A DNA stretch of 61,027 nucleotides, filler included, from Sluysia triapertura (GCA_046118255.1; 5 parts of 5 records of this genome joined end to end with filler, not necessarily neighbours in it); one strand, 5' to 3'. Shown: positions 1 through 14,307, numbered from the whole stretch's first letter. Made by a program: numbers and translations. Notes: generated by a model from the letters alone, not told the origin.

Positions 1-762
1 AGTTTGGTATAAAACGTATATACTAAGCGAACTGACCCTACAGATAATTTGTTAGGAATAAGGAAAAATCTAACAATCAAAAGAAATTATGTAGATTAAA
101 GGTCGATAGAAATTCAGTTAAGAACTGCGTACAGTTTAATAAATTATTTGGAAAAGTTAGTTAATTTAGTAGTTAAGGGATTTAAAAGTTTATATAATAT
201 ATAATTAAGATATAAGAGAGTTATTAATTGAACCTCGTTAAGAAATTATTTATCTTACATACACGGGGCGTTAAGCATAAACCGTGGGACATAAGTGGAC
301 CCACTCTTAATCTTAAGAAAAATACTCAGCAATATGCAGAATGATACATTCTCTAATTGTAGTTTTGAAGACAAATATTATGAAATATTTTCTTCAATAT
401 TTTATTATAATTTGTGCTGAATGGCACAATCCATCTAAATTAAGAGGCATAATGAATGTGATACAAATACAAAACATTTCAACAAGAAATGTTTTCGATC
501 TCATATAAAATTTTAAAACATATTTCTTTAATAAATAGTACGAAGTAGGTGTTCGTTAATTGTTTTAAAAATCATAAATGAAAAGAATCATTATTATTTT
601 TGATAGAAATTGATTACTAAAATCAATTTTACTTTATATTTTTATGGTTACATAAATGCGTTCACTAAAATATGTAAATCAACATATATGAATTCATGTA
701 AAAGTGATTGGTTATAAAAATATCACTAGTTTGTTATATTGTAGTTCAGTTACCATATAAAT

Positions 763-963
763 CAGCGTTTATCAACCTTTTTACCCCGCAACCCAATTTT
801 TTATTACATAAAGGAATGTTAAGAAATCGCGTTTTGATTGTATAAATTAATTTTTTTGTATGTAGTTTATATTTATATTATATTATTTATATATTATTTA
901 TACTAAGCCGCGAATCCGCGACCCATAATAAATTTAACGCGACCAAAGGGTTGAGAAACCGTG
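763..963. mobile_element. hAT-type MITE (~200 bp)
   Basis: Ends CAGCGTTTATCAACC and GGTTGAGAAACCGTG are imperfect TIRs of the hAT/Charlie CAG-type. GCGACCC-like subterminal motifs. Flanks atataaat/gactaaat are a partial 8-bp TSD. Confidence 0.7.
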
Positions 964-1026
964 GACTAAATCACTATAATTCTCATAATTTACTTGTATA
1001 TTAAGTAATCCATTATTGTTTCTGCC

Positions 1027-1130
1027 AGACTTCGTAAAATGGATTGACGGGGATCGTACCCAGGAACTCTCGCTGCACAGTTCGATGCTATACCACTTAT
1101 AGGTGGCACTTTAGGCCTTACCCGAACACT
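1027..1130 (-). repeat. Degenerate copy of the tRNA-derived repeat at 43914-44068
   Basis: Shares AGACTTCGTAAAATGGA.TGAC.GGGGATCG.ACCC.GGA and GGCACTTT..AGGCCTT..ACCC.AACA with the 43.9 kb copy. Confidence 0.75.
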
Positions 1131-1880
1131 TCTAACGTAACATCTTCACATATCGATTTATCATTATTTCCAAAAGTACCCTGATTTGTTGATAATTATA
1201 TTTTTGAAATATCATTAAATAGTAAAATAATAATCAAAATTAAATATATGAAACCATTTTTAATATTGTTGCCTATAAAAACGTAAAAACAAAGGAAATA
1301 AATGTTATAGAATATATAAAAGTGTTATAGAATACTTGATGTTATGAATATATGTTGAATTTGCGTTGTAGTGTCGCATGAAGATTGTTTCTGTTTTATG
1401 CAATGTATGACATTTAGTAATTTGATAAATATTTAAAATTGTGTTGGCGTTTGTTCATGATTTTGTGTTAGATTGTGTTGAGGTATGTCTATGATTATGT
1501 TTATAGTAAATGTGTTTTTGTCTTGTTATGAATATTTTTATAATTATATTATATATTCTTACTATTTAATTTTTAAAATCAATTATTAATATTACTATGT
1601 AAGATATAAATTTTATTATCAACATTATATTATTATTATTGATTTATTCCAAAGGGTACATTGATTATATTGGATAATAGGTGTTTTATAAAATAAATGC
1701 TTATTAGATTTCATAAATTGGTTTATATTTTTGTTTATTTAATATTTTGTATGACCTTGCATTAGTTTACAAAGAAATATATTGAAAAATTAAATTTTTA
1801 TATTAAATTATTAGATGAATTTTGTGATATAATTTATTGCGAATTTCTATTTATATATTGCCTTGTTTTATAAATTAGTT

Positions 1881-2802
1881 ATGCTGAAAGTTGCTTTGAT
1901 ACAAATGCTTGTTAGTAAACTCAAGCATGCCAATTTAACTAAAGCTGTTTCTCTTATTAGAAAAGCTTATCAACAAAATGAGTGCAACTTAATTTGCCTT
2001 CCTGAATGTTTTAATTCACCCTACGGAATAAAATATTTTGAAGAATACTCAGAACTAATTCCTGGCGGTGAAACTTGCAAAACTTTATCTGATATTGCAA
2101 AGTAATTTATAAAATTATTTTATTTTTAAAGAGAATTAAATATTTGGTTAGTTGGTGGTTCTATACCTGAGCAACGAAATGGGAAACTTTTTAATACCTG
2201 TGTCGTTTATGGACCGGATGGAGAATTAAAAGGAAAATATTCTAAACTTCATTTATTCGATATTGATATACCAGGTTAGTTTAAGATACAAGCACTATTA
2301 ATTATCGAGCTCAGTCAAAAGTGCTTGGATGAATGAATTATAAATTAAATTTTTGTTTTTAAAAAGAAAATGAATTATAAATTATTTTATTAAATTTGAT
2401 ATTTAATAATTTCACATTATAACTTATGAAACTATCAGAAAATGAAGCATAACATCTTTCGTAATTTTGTATAATGAATGTTTTCGGTGGTGTGAATTTT
2501 GTTTTTATGTAAAAGTTAAAAGTGGAAATGTGTGAATTATTAATGTTTCTTATTTTGAGCTTGTTTATGACACATTTTTAGTAATATTTTATTTTAAGGA
2601 AAAATAACATTTAAAGAATCCCGAGTTCTCCATAATGGATCGAATTTGCTGTCATTCTCCGTACCCATATCGGATAACCGAGCTGTCAACGTCGGAATTG
2701 GTATTTGTTACGACGTGCGATTTCCGGAGTTGGCACATATTTACACTAGACAGCGAAACTGCACACTTCTGTTATATCCTGGTGCCTTCAATATGACTAC
2801 AG
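1881..2802 (+). CDS. NIT2: Omega-amidase NIT2 (nitrilase family), exons 1-3 (1881-2101, 2132-2274, 2599-2802); 3' exons not found in this scaffold
   Basis: Spliced translation MLKVALIQM...[10 protein letters not shown]...[14 protein letters not shown]...[18 protein letters not shown]...[14 protein letters not shown]...[11 protein letters not shown]. The Glu-Lys-Cys triad motifs are present and PGAFNMTTG is NIT2-typical. GT-AG introns keep frame. Confidence 0.93.
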
Positions 2803-3289
2803 GTTAGATTTATTTTTGATTGAAATACCGTCCTCTGGAAAATGTTTCACAATTTATCTATGTTGTATGATTTCTACTAGAAGTATTTAGTGTGATAATT
2901 ACACACTTATGAAGCTTGATACTCTAGGTCTCTTCCAGCGTTGTACTACGTTGCTATTTGATCTAGTATATTGATGAATTGATCAGGCTAAGAGATCATG
3001 ACTGAAGTTGACTGATGGTAATGATTTCGAGATAAATTCAGATCTCTATGTGCCAGGCTTCGTTCATCTGTATATCTTTGATCGCGCAGTTTTCGATGAT
3101 TCATATCATTCTTAACTTGGACGGAAATGAAATTTGTTCCGTGTTGCACTTAGTCTTTCATATTTGTTGTCACTAATTTAAAGGCAGTAATTTGAAACAC
3201 ATAAAGAACGATAATAATATTTTAAAATATAACAACACAAAAATAAAAAGGGAACTCAGGTACATTTGTCGAAAGCCACAAATAATTCT

Positions 3290-3335
3290 TTAAAGAGCCA
3301 CATGTGGCTCGCGAGTCGCAGTTTGTCCACCCCTA
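3290..3335 (+). mobile_element. hAT MITE 3' terminus fragment
   Basis: AAAGAGCCACATGTGGCTCGCGAGTCGCAGTTTGTCCACCCCT resembles the typical hAT (MER30/Charlie-like) end. Confidence 0.6.
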
Positions 3336-6300
3336 CTATAAACTGTGTTTTGGTTATGAACTACGATTATTTTTCATCAATTTATCACACAACTTTGAAA
3401 CAACTGTATACAGTAATTTAATGTGCGATCTCTGTAACTTGTTCTATTTTCCACTTTAGATAATACGAAAGTGTGTGCACCTGTTTTTTAGTCTTAAATG
3501 ATATTAAAATTCGTATTTGATATTGAATAGCGTAATACGAAAATTAAACATCAATGAATATCAAATTGTATTGCGTTTTATTTATTCATATTTAATCTTA
3601 TCTCAGTTATAATTAGGATTATCATCATTACTTTTATTATTAATCATAAAAATTTGAAACGATTTATCCTTTACTTGTAAACGAACAAATTATTTTGAAA
3701 TATAACAAAATCACTTTGTCTGTACGACAGCAATTAATCATTGCAGCATTGAATAATTATTTTGTAAACCGAAAAAGTGAACTCAAACAAAATTTTTTCT
3801 TTTATTAATATAAAATTACGATGGTTCCTCACTCTATAATCGGTTTAAAATTAAATTGAGCAAGGTAAATATCAAATTTTGTAATATAGATTTGTTTCGA
3901 TCACCTTGAACTATGAATTTTAGCAAATACTAAAAATTTTGCTGGCGATTTTTGAAGGCTGGAATTATTAAATAGATAGAAATGTCCAAATAACCCCTTA
4001 GTATAATCAACAGCTAAAAGCTCATTTTCTTATAGTACTGTATCTTTAAGACCAACATTATTAAAAAAGTTAGACTCACGTAATACTGGAAGTAATGAAG
4101 ATAATGTAGATATTGATAATTTTCGTACTCCAAGAAAGTCGAACTTACCTAGCAAAATGATAAAATAATGGGTCCACTTATACTCTACATATTATGCTCA
4201 AAGAGGGCTTATGTGTAAGAATGCGAAAAAATAATTCAGATATAAATTAAATACTTTTATTATTCTGAGGGTCTCTTTCTATTATCTTAACTCACTATTA
4301 TTCTCTATCAAAATTATACAACACTACTTTAAACGTATAAAATAACTGATAGCCAATTAAATTAAAATATCAAAGTTTTCGCTTTATTATTGAGAATGAG
4401 ATGTTGAATGAAGTTTAAGATTGTATTATTAAATCTTCAAAAATTAAATGATTTTAAGTATATTTTAAGTTTCGTTTAATCGAACTAGAACTTATCAATA
4501 AAAGTTTACGTTCGTGGAAAAAATCGCCAAATAGTTTAGTCGAGTAGCCAAATCGTATTTCAATGTCCAAATTATTGATTTGTGTCAGCTAAATTGTATT
4601 AATTCACTTATTGCCACTGTGCTGAATCGTGTTGATTAGCTCGTGTCAACTAAATTTGTATCAACTAAATTATCTTAATTGTCTTGTCTCAGTTGTCTGG
4701 TGCCGCTTCAATCGTATTACTAACTTGTGTTTATGATGAATAACTTGAATATTTATACTAATCCAAGATGGTGATTTTTCTAGCTTTCTATTTTTTATAT
4801 AGTTTTGTGGAATAGTCATAATAATAGAGATTATAATAAAAATGAACATTTAATAGCAAAATACATTTTTAAACAATTTTTGAATTTTTATTTCATATAA
4901 TTATTAAATTTTTACCAATTTAATATAATTAATAAATTTTTAAATAATAAATAAATATTATTTAAAATACTTATTTACAATTTTTTGCACATTGTATTTA
5001 CAAAATTCATAAATCTATTTTCATTCGTACAGATATACTTATTACAGAATTGAACTTAGGTTCATTAAACTGAAATATATCACCATCATTAGTATCAAAT
5101 TATTTTAAAAATAGAAAACATGTTACATGTAAGACAATATCAGTATCACGAAAGCCACTACCTAAAAACCAGAAAACCATTAACACAAGAACAATGAGAT
5201 AAACGAAATGCAAGAAGACTAGAAAAGTATAGATTAAAAAAGCAAAACATGCACTGACAAGTACAAATGCGTATATGATTTAAATAAAATAGCAAAACGC
5301 ATGTTTTTATTTAAGTTAAATTATTTTTTTTAGATTCTTAACTAAACTATGGAAAATGGCCGTAATCAGAATGAGGACTATTTGTGTTTTTAACTTTTTG
5401 TAACGTTCAAAAGTTTCGGACGAACATGTATTGTAACATAATCATTTATTCTTCAAGTTTTTAAAATTTAATTTATTTGATTTAAATTTTTAAAATTATT
5501 TACCATATTTTAAAATAAAATTAAAATCATTATCATTAAGATTATAATATTTTTATATTAATTTAAAATAAGATTTAATAGAATTAATATAAATTTAAAA
5601 TTTAGTAACATATAATAACCGAAATCATTTTAAAGTGAGATTCTATAAAGACAATAAGAAATCAAACTTTAAGAACATAAAATCTAACTAAAATTATTTT
5701 AATACGTACGTTAAAATTATATTAAACTGAGATTGAATAAAAGTATTGCGTAATTAAAATTAACATAAATTGCAGATTAAGCAGAATAGAATGAATAATG
5801 TGATCAAAAATTAAAAGCATTGTAATTATCCGATGTTGATTTGTTATTATTGTTAAGTATAAAGACGCAACAATGTGATATCAAAAATTAAAAGCATCTT
5901 AAACAAAAAAACAAAAATCATCTTAAAATAAGAGTAAATAAAAATTATATGTAATCACAATTTAATAACAAATCAAAGATTTAAATGCTATTATTCAGGC
6001 AGACAACAATACTTATTACATTGTTTACAACATTATATTATTTATTATTCTACGTATTTATTACTGTACCTACTTCTATACTTACAATATTAATACATTT
6101 GTGTACAACAATAACATTTATTATTCCACGTATTTATTGTTGCGCATACATTATTTATTATTACTGTATCTACTACTTAATATTATTATCAGTCAAGAAA
6201 ACTATAAGTAAAAATTAACAAAAAATATAGTAAGGTAGAAAATTAAATTATTACAGTATAAATGCTACTGTTGCAGAAAAATAACACACTTTTTGACTAT

Positions 6301-7601
6301 GTACTATTAAGAAGAAGATCGATTTAATTTTGAATAGAATTTGGTCTATAAATTAGATACAATATTGTCAAGTTGATCAGAGCACTCTTGATAATTAATT
6401 GATTGTTGCCTGAAAAAAGTTGATTTACAACTATTAATCGAGATTTCTGAAGCAGTAAGTAATATTTATTTTTTTCTTGCTAAAGAATAAAAAGTATTTA
6501 AAAAATTCGGTATTATTATTGATATACAATAAACAATTTTTTTGTAATAAATAAATTTTATTGAGTCTTAATTCTTGTTTAATTCCAAAATTATAGAGCA
6601 AGTTAAAGAAAAAGTGTCGTTTCCTTATATGACACCTAATTTACTTATAAATAAATTCACTAAATTTGAATCCTTTTATTATTTTCTTTTAAATTTTAAG
6701 AAATTGAAAGTAGAGCCCCCAAGCGAGGGATAGATCTCTATATTTAACTATTATAACGTTTTGAATTAGTTAAAACCGAGTTCAGAGAGAAACAAGAAGA
6801 ATTTCGTTTTGAGTAGTATTAAATAAGATAAAACTTACGTATCGCACTTCCATTTCAGATCATCGAAACGAGAATCAAAACTCATGCTTTAGATAAAGTG
6901 AATGTAACAAAAGGTATAAATAATATTAAAAGACACTAAGAATTTATTTAAACACATTTAAGTTATACGTAACACTAACAACTTTATTACAAAATATTTT
7001 ACAGTATTTTTGATGTAGATTTGGAAAATATATTACTCATTATTAATATTCAGAGACAATTTTGATACTACTTTTACTGTGATTGATAAATAATGAAAAT
7101 GTAGAATAAAAAATAGAAAAGCGAAAAAATTTAAAATAGAAAAATTTAAAGAAAAATATAAATATAAATAATAAATATATTTAATATATAAAAATGTTAT
7201 AAGTTAAGTTTAAACATTGATTTAAATAATATGCAACATACCATATTGTAAGTCAAAGCGGTAATGGAAAAACACATTTTGCATGTAAATTAAAATACAT
7301 TGGGATCAAGAACGGCATGATTAACTCAAAGCAAATTTTGTAAATTAAACGATATTAAAGCAATTAATGGTTTTGAAGAAATTTGGTCAATGAAACTGCG
7401 AAAATATGATGTAATTCGTACTGATAACTTACACCAAGTAGCGAATAAACATGATGACTTTAATTTATTTCATAAGGCAGCTAGTCATAGAGAAGCGTGA
7501 CTGCAATTTTTATAACTTAAAGGTGGCATTCATTGCAATTGAAATTTAAATGTACTTTATTTAGTAATGTAATGATTTTTATTTATTTATTTAGATTTTG
7601 C

Positions 7602-7678
7602 GTGAATCCTTTACGATATTAGGCTTACTCACTTAAGGGCTAATACATAAGTGGCGTATAAAATAGTTATTTGGAGGT
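7602..7678 (-). ncRNA. Structured dispersed motif, copy B
   Basis: Minus strand: ACCTCCA...TTATG TATTAG [CCCTTAAGTGAGTAAGC] CTAATA T CGTAA AGG ATTCAC. Confidence 0.55.
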
Positions 7679-7829
7679 TATATCTGAGAATGTTGCTAAT
7701 CTAGCTTAAAGAGCTAATGCAATGGTGTCAAGATTTAGTTCCTGTCTTCTTGCAGTGACAGATTAAAACTATATAATTTTCGTCAGATCTTCGAAGAGTA
7801 ATATTCAATTTTTGATTTTATTATTATTA

Positions 7830-8110
7830 AAAAACTCTTAATTGTCGATGATTTTGGGTTTATTTTGTAGCTATGTAAGTTTTTGATCTTCGAAAACGAT
7901 AGAAGAGAATAATTTCTATATGTTAATAAATATATTATGACAAAAATCAAATATTCAACGAAGTTATAAAAATTTAATAAAAATGATATAAAATTTACTA
8001 TAATTGTACTGAAAGTATTAATTCTTATATTTGTATTTTAAAAATGTATTTTACTTCAAATCGATAAATGATTGAAAGGAAAGGTATTATAAAGATTTTA
8101 AGTGGATTTT
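7830..8110 (-). mobile_element. Highly decayed Penelope-like GIY-YIG region
   Basis: Minus-strand fragments FIIPFLS and YRF....KTYIAT resemble the PLE IPY ... YxFxCxxC..YIGxT signature. Confidence 0.4.
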
Positions 8111-9049
8111 GCGTCTATTAAATTTAGCTAATCTTATAATAAAATTGACTAACGTGGCTATTAAATGTATTGTTATCGTCGAAAAATGAAGTTTTAATTG
8201 GTTTGAGGAGTCTCGAAGTCTTGTAAGATAAAAGCTCGTGGAATAATTGTGGAGACAATATTTTAAGAAATTTCTCTGCTAAGTTTTGGTGTCGCGTTAT
8301 TTATACTGTTTTTTGACGTGTGCTGATTAAAGCAAAAATAAAATATTTGTAAATTTAAAAATTAAATTTTTATAATATTATGTTAGTCAATTTTATTATA
8401 ATTATAATTTTATTATTAAAATTTATAAAATTAAAATTTATAAAATATTTATATAAAATTATTAAAACAAAATAAAATTACACTTAAATCAAACTATTCC
8501 AAACATTAAGATAAAATATTCAAATTATGTATGTATAATACGCAAATAAAAATTATTGATTTATGTACAATAAAGAGCGCACAGATAGTTAACATTAATT
8601 GTGTACAATAAACACATACTATTTAAAATTCTAGAGACAAACATTTCCACACAACAAATTATTTCTAATAATGTTTTTCATGAAGCACAAAAATACTTAA
8701 CGATATTTGTTTTTAGATTTTATACAAGCATATCGTAATGATATGTGTATATCTATTGCTATTTTTAATCCCCAAGGAATCGCTAAATAAGATATTAAAT
8801 AATGACTAATTTTAAAAAAGATGTAGTTAAACATAATAAAGTCAAACACGTTAAAAAATTAATTTCGATTGTGTTTCAATAAAATAAAAATGTGAAATTT
8901 GAGCATAGTTTACCGTAATTTTAATGCATTATTCAAAACACAAAATATCATTTTAAAATAATTTTCATTTATAGTTGATGATATAAATAACTGTTGGTAA
9001 AATAAATGCAAATGAATCAAGAATGAACAAACATTATTAAAATATAAAA

Positions 9050-10040
9050 TCCACTTATTGAATTAAAAAAAGCAAAAAGTTTAAATTCTAAAGACAAGTA
9101 AATTACAAATAAAATGGTGGTTTTATTGGTGCAACACTACAAATTGTGACATCACTTGCTGAATTGGGATTAGCAAAATATTTAAGTATGAGTTCAGCAT
9201 TACTTAGTTTATCAAATACAAATTTCAGTTTAAAATGTGATTGTTGGAATGGAGGATCAAAAAAGAAGAAGATGGATGTTTGATTTGATCCAAAAGACCT
9301 AGCTGGTTACACACATTTAGAAGTGCTAGCAAAAAGTGGAGGAGACAAGAAATGGTTGAGAAATCAGTTAGCATACTCACTTAACAAACTAATTATGCGA
9401 AGATTTCCAACACGTAAATATAAAACTAAAGAAAAAAATGAATTATGGCAAAATTATTTAATGAAGATGATTCGATATTCAAAAATTAACAATAGTTACA
9501 AGTATGTTTGAAAATGTGTTGATGTGTTTTAAAGATTTGCAGGAGCGGTAAAAGTGTTAAAAGATGTATCGAAATTAATTAAAAACTACAAAGTTATCAA
9601 TTTTCGATAAGTTTTACAATAAAGATGTGAAAAGTATTGGAAAAACGTGGAATTAATCATGATTCAGTGTTTAGTCAGTACAAGACAGCATTAGTTGAAC
9701 GATTTAATTGTAATAAAAAATTATTTTACATAACAAGGTAATACTAATGGATTAATGTATTACCTAATATAATCACTGTAAATACAGGTGACTTGAACGT
9801 AAACATATATATATATTAATTCAACTAACTTTATGGAAATTTGGAAAAATATAATTTAAAACAAAAAATAAACCCAAACATAAAGTTGGTGACTGCAATA
9901 ATATCAACAATATCAACAATTCAATTCATAAAAAACTTTAATAATAATTGGAGTGATGAGGTATTTCAAATTCATGAAATTTGTATGCATTAAAAGATGA
10001 GGATTGTGAAATGTTGAATCAATTAGTCTACATCGAAATA
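9050..10040 (+). mobile_element. Maverick/Polinton-type retroviral-like integrase pseudogene plus small upstream ORF remnant
   Basis: FDPKDLAGY...KKWLRNQLAYSLNKLIMRRFPTRKY...ELWQ...NNSYKYV*KCVDVF, then ALVERFN, WINVLPNI, KPKHKVGD and NWSDEVFQI are the ordered c-integrase motifs, with stops and frameshifts. Upstream GGFIGATL resembles the GGFL motif of small Maverick proteins. Confidence 0.88.
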
Positions 10041-10053
10041 CAAATGAATACAA

Positions 10054-10398
10054 GTGAAGTGTAAAATGAATTTCGCCTTCAATGATATAGAAAGTTTTGT
10101 TAATAATGAAGATAAATTATTAAGTATTATGAATGTGGAAGACTGGTTTGATCCAATTCATGATACATACTTACCATCAATTAAAGGGAATGGATTGAAC
10201 GAGGAAGCTAAAACAAACACTTATTTAATGAAATATGTACATCAATTATTATGGTACGAAGAAAATAAAACTTCTTGTAGAATATGTAGTACTATAAATC
10301 AAATTCAAATTCAAACAGGCAGTATTTTATGCATTTGGTGTGAAAAAGTATATCCATGTGAAAAAGTTATTTCCAGAGTTGAAAATAGTTTTGTATAA
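10054..10398 (+). CDS. Intronless ORF with CxxC...CxxC zinc ribbon, probably a Maverick accessory gene
   Basis: 114-codon ORF with CRIC...CIWC, directly downstream of and co-oriented with the integrase. Confidence 0.45.
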   Translation: MKCKMNFAFNDIESFVNNEDKLLSIMNVEDWFDPIHDTYLPSIKGNGLNEEAKTNTYLMKYVHQLLWYEENKTSCRICSTINQIQIQTGSILCIWCEKVYPCEKVISRVENSFV

Positions 10399-12091
10399 TG
10401 TGACGTATAACTAACTTAAAGCAGTACCAAAAATATCACGTGTAAGAATGTTATTTGTAAGCAACCCATCTGAAATTATAAAATTATGTAAAAATTATAA
10501 AAGGTAAATGATAATAAATGAATAATTAATTAATTAAAAAAACAAATAAAGAGTTAAAACTTACTCTAAATTCTAAAAATGTAATATAAATATTAATTTA
10601 TAAAACAAATAAAAATTAACTTGATTTTAAATTTTAAATAAAATAATAATTGGCAACTAACTGATTTGATATAAAAGAGTAGATTTAACGTAATAGAACT
10701 CAGAAATAAAAGTTAGAAAAATTTTTTTAAAAGTTTTACATTGAGATATTGGTAACAGTTGATTTTTACAAATTTTGGAATGTTTCTACGAATTTGATTT
10801 TGTCTCTATTCCTTATTATTAATTGGTTTTTTACATTGGTTATTTGGAAGGATTTTTTTGAATTTAATATACTTATTGATTCATTTGTTATTGGTTTTAT
10901 TGATAATATTATTAAATGATTAATTAGTCGACATAAACAAATTGGTCACTACACATATTTGTTCGAATACTATTAATTACATTGGTTTTCATAAACGTCA
11001 AATTAATCGTGGTGCTCGAAAAAGAAGACTGGAATAAATATTATCAGATCAGTTTATTGCTAATAATTTTTATATTTTATATTTTTAAGGTTCCGTCTCT
11101 GTTAAAATCTTTTAAATCATCTCTAGATTTCTCTAGAAACAATTATTCATAAAATCAATTATTAATTTTGGAATTACCAATTCTAATAATAAATTATTTT
11201 ATGAATTATTATTTAGTGAATCCTTCCTTTAGTAACTCTGGCTTTTATCGTAGACTTTGTTTAAACAATATTTCAAACTTTGGTTTTTATTTTATAGGCT
11301 TTGTATAATAAATATTTTAGTTTTTTGGTAATAAATTTTGGGACGTGTAGATTTTGTGTTGTTGCTAAAATAAAGATAAAAGAAATTAAAAAAAGATTTT
11401 TGCAAGTTAATTGAAGGAGAAGATCTATAATTAATTAAGAAGAATATAAAAGCTTTATAAGAAAAAGTCAAAGTAAGGAAAGTTAATAAAATCATCGTGT
11501 TACATTAATAGAAATTGATTGATATTGAAAAATAAGGATAAATAGTGAAGTTAAGCTATAGAGGAAATCTTGCATTAACGAGATAGTAAATCAACAAGAT
11601 AAGAAATTTTTATAGATCCTCCTTAAAATTTAATAAAATCATACGGAAACTTCGCGCCAAACTTAAATCGTTAATCGTAGACAATTTGCATTACAGTTAA
11701 GTAAAAACACTAGCACTCGTATATATTTCGTCAACATAATAATCATTGTGTATATTTAAAATGTTTGACATTATGCCTATATTATTTTACAGGAAAATTG
11801 TTTATAAGTTTGTAAGTAAACTTCAATAATTTTAGTCATCAAAATTATTTTAAATAATTACTAAAATATAATTAATTTAAATTAATTAATTAGAAAAATT
11901 AAGAAAAGAATTCCAAATAATGACACTGGTTTATAATAGATTATCTTACAAAAGTACCAAATATGTGAAGTACCGAATATGAATATATAATTGATATATA
12001 TTTATCGTATCAAAAATGTAGTAATACATTAAAAATTATAATTTACACAGTCGAAATGATTTCGTTTGTTATAGTAATTTATAGATTAGAC

Positions 12092-12574
12092 CAAAGATGC
12101 CCAAACAAGGGCGCGAGCCCTCGGATGGGGCGCGTGATAATAATTTGGGCCGCTAAAAATTTTAAAATTGTTATATTTTACAAAGTTTTGTTTTTTACCA
12201 ATTCAAGTAATTCCATCACCTAATTCCATAAATTACGTTCTTGATGTAGAACAATCATCAAGAATAAAATTTCAAAGCAAATATATTTACAAATTCATAA
12301 AGCAATTATACATGTGCACTAGAGATGTTATGCTGTTTGGTATTCTGCTATTTTTAGCTGTTAATTAAAAATATCGTTAGTAGTCACTGCCATCATAATC
12401 GCAAAATAGCAGCTATTAAAAAATATTAATATTTCACAAAGTGAAATAAATAATTAAAAAATAATTTTGTTAATTTTTATTTATTTTTGCTAAACAATTA
12501 GAACTGTTGTTCATAATATTTAATTTATTTAATTTATAAGAAACAGAAAAACACATTTTGTTATTAAAAAGGTG
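12092..12574 (+). mobile_element. hAT-like non-autonomous element, copy 1 (truncated by spacer)
   Basis: Starts CAAAGATGCCCAAAC and aligns along its length with 16140-16665. Confidence 0.75.
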
Positions 12575-12674
12575 NNNNNNNNNNNNNNNNNNNNNNNNNN
12601 NNNNNNNNNNNNNNNNNNTTAATTAATTAANNNNNNNNNNNNNNNNNNNNNNNNNNNNNNNNNNNNNNNNNNNN
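12575..12674. other. Artificial scaffold spacer N44-TTAATTAATTAA-N44
   Basis: Exact 100-nt pattern. The 12-mer has stop codons in all six frames. Confidence 0.97.
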
Positions 12675-14307
12675 TGTTATTGTATCAGTGATTTATGAAA
12701 TTTGAGTTATGGTTCTGATTTATTTGACGAAGTGTTTGATGAATGGATGTTATGAATTGTTTGGAGTGCATGTAGTGGTTTATTGAGTTGCGAGTGTTTG
12801 AGATGTAGATTATTTCGTTGATAAATGTGAGTTGGAGAAGTGTTATAATTGTGTATTGTTGTTTTATGTGATGAATTGTGTGGTGATTGTAGTTACAGAG
12901 TATGGTTGTGATAGATTTTATGTTAATTAAATTGTTTTAAATCTTAATTTACAGAGTTGGCCACTACATATATTCTTTATGATCATTATGATTATGATTA
13001 TTATTATTATTATTGTTGTTGTTGTTAAAACACATGTAGAGGGATCGTGGTAACTTTGTGTACATGCTAATTCTATTTGTACCCTTATCTTTAAATACTT
13101 AGACACCTCACTGTAACCTTATTTGAGAATTCATTTATCATTTCAGAATTGAAACCTAAATCTTGCATATTTGATCCACCTATGTTTAAATTTTTCATGA
13201 TTTCTATGAAAATTTCTTTTAATTAATTATTGGTCTGTCCCTCTTAACCGTTCATGATTAATGGAATTAAATACCGGCTTAAGGCCTGGTAAACCAATTT
13301 TTATCACTATTTTTAAAACAATAAAAATAGAGAAATTGTTAAAATATTTGTAATGTTGGTCGCTAATTCTCATGATGGATAATGTCAATCGACCAAATGT
13401 ACGAACACAGACAGCTGTAATTTTTATCGAACTTATTCTATCCATTAATATTAAATCTGGACCTAGTTCGAACAAAGTATTCATTAAAACTTTCAACTTT
13501 TGAAAATTATGATTCATTTTTTTATGATTCATTCATTACATTTCCAAGAAAAACATTTTTTTACATTTTAAAAAACAATTCCTGAAAATGTCATTTGCTT
13601 TTAACAAATTTTTCTTAAATCTTTTAAAGTAAACAAAATACTCGATAGATTATCGATTATGTTGAACAATTTTATAAACACATTACTACATAAATTTGCT
13701 TCAAGTTTACTTGCGAGTGTTGCGCATGGCAACAGTGTTTCACTAGGACTTCTTGAACACACCTGAGTCGATTACATTGAGTCCGATTTGATCCTGCTAC
13801 ATTATCATTAATACAAAAAAATAAGAAAAGTAAATAGTAACGATATCGTCAAAGAAATCAACAGTTATATCCATTTTTTTAAACATTTTCCTAGTCATTA
13901 TTAAAAATTCAGCATACTTAAAATAACTCTTCAAACAATAAGACCAAAACAAATCGAGCCACTTAATTTTACCTCATAATCTTTTCTGAAATATGAAATC
14001 TTCACGCACTGAAGTTTTGAAAGCCTTTACTTTTCCTGTTTCAACATTAGCTTGATAGAAATGAATCTGATCAATTAAAACGACTGCTTTTTGTATAACG
14101 CTTTTCATTTTTCTTACTGAACGAAGTAAAAAATCTAAAAGTAAAAACAATACTTACTTAATGTTCGAAATCGTCAATATCTTTCTCTTATTAACACCTC
14201 TTTCGTGAAGGTTATTATCCACACATGTTTTCTACTACCAATTCCTTTATCTTTATTAGTGTACGTATAAAACCGTCCTTTAGGTACATAAATATAATGG
14301 TTGACAT

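Noticed and set aside
5985-6218. Short hydrophobic I/L/F/Y-rich ORFs here and elsewhere (e.g. 11292, 15631, 32386, 35062, 60318)
   Set aside because: Expected by chance in very AT-rich DNA. No motifs or splice support.
12619-12630. Regularly spaced TTAATTAATTAA as a biological repeat or CRISPR-like array
   Set aside because: It is always centred in N44 padding, so it is a synthetic linker.
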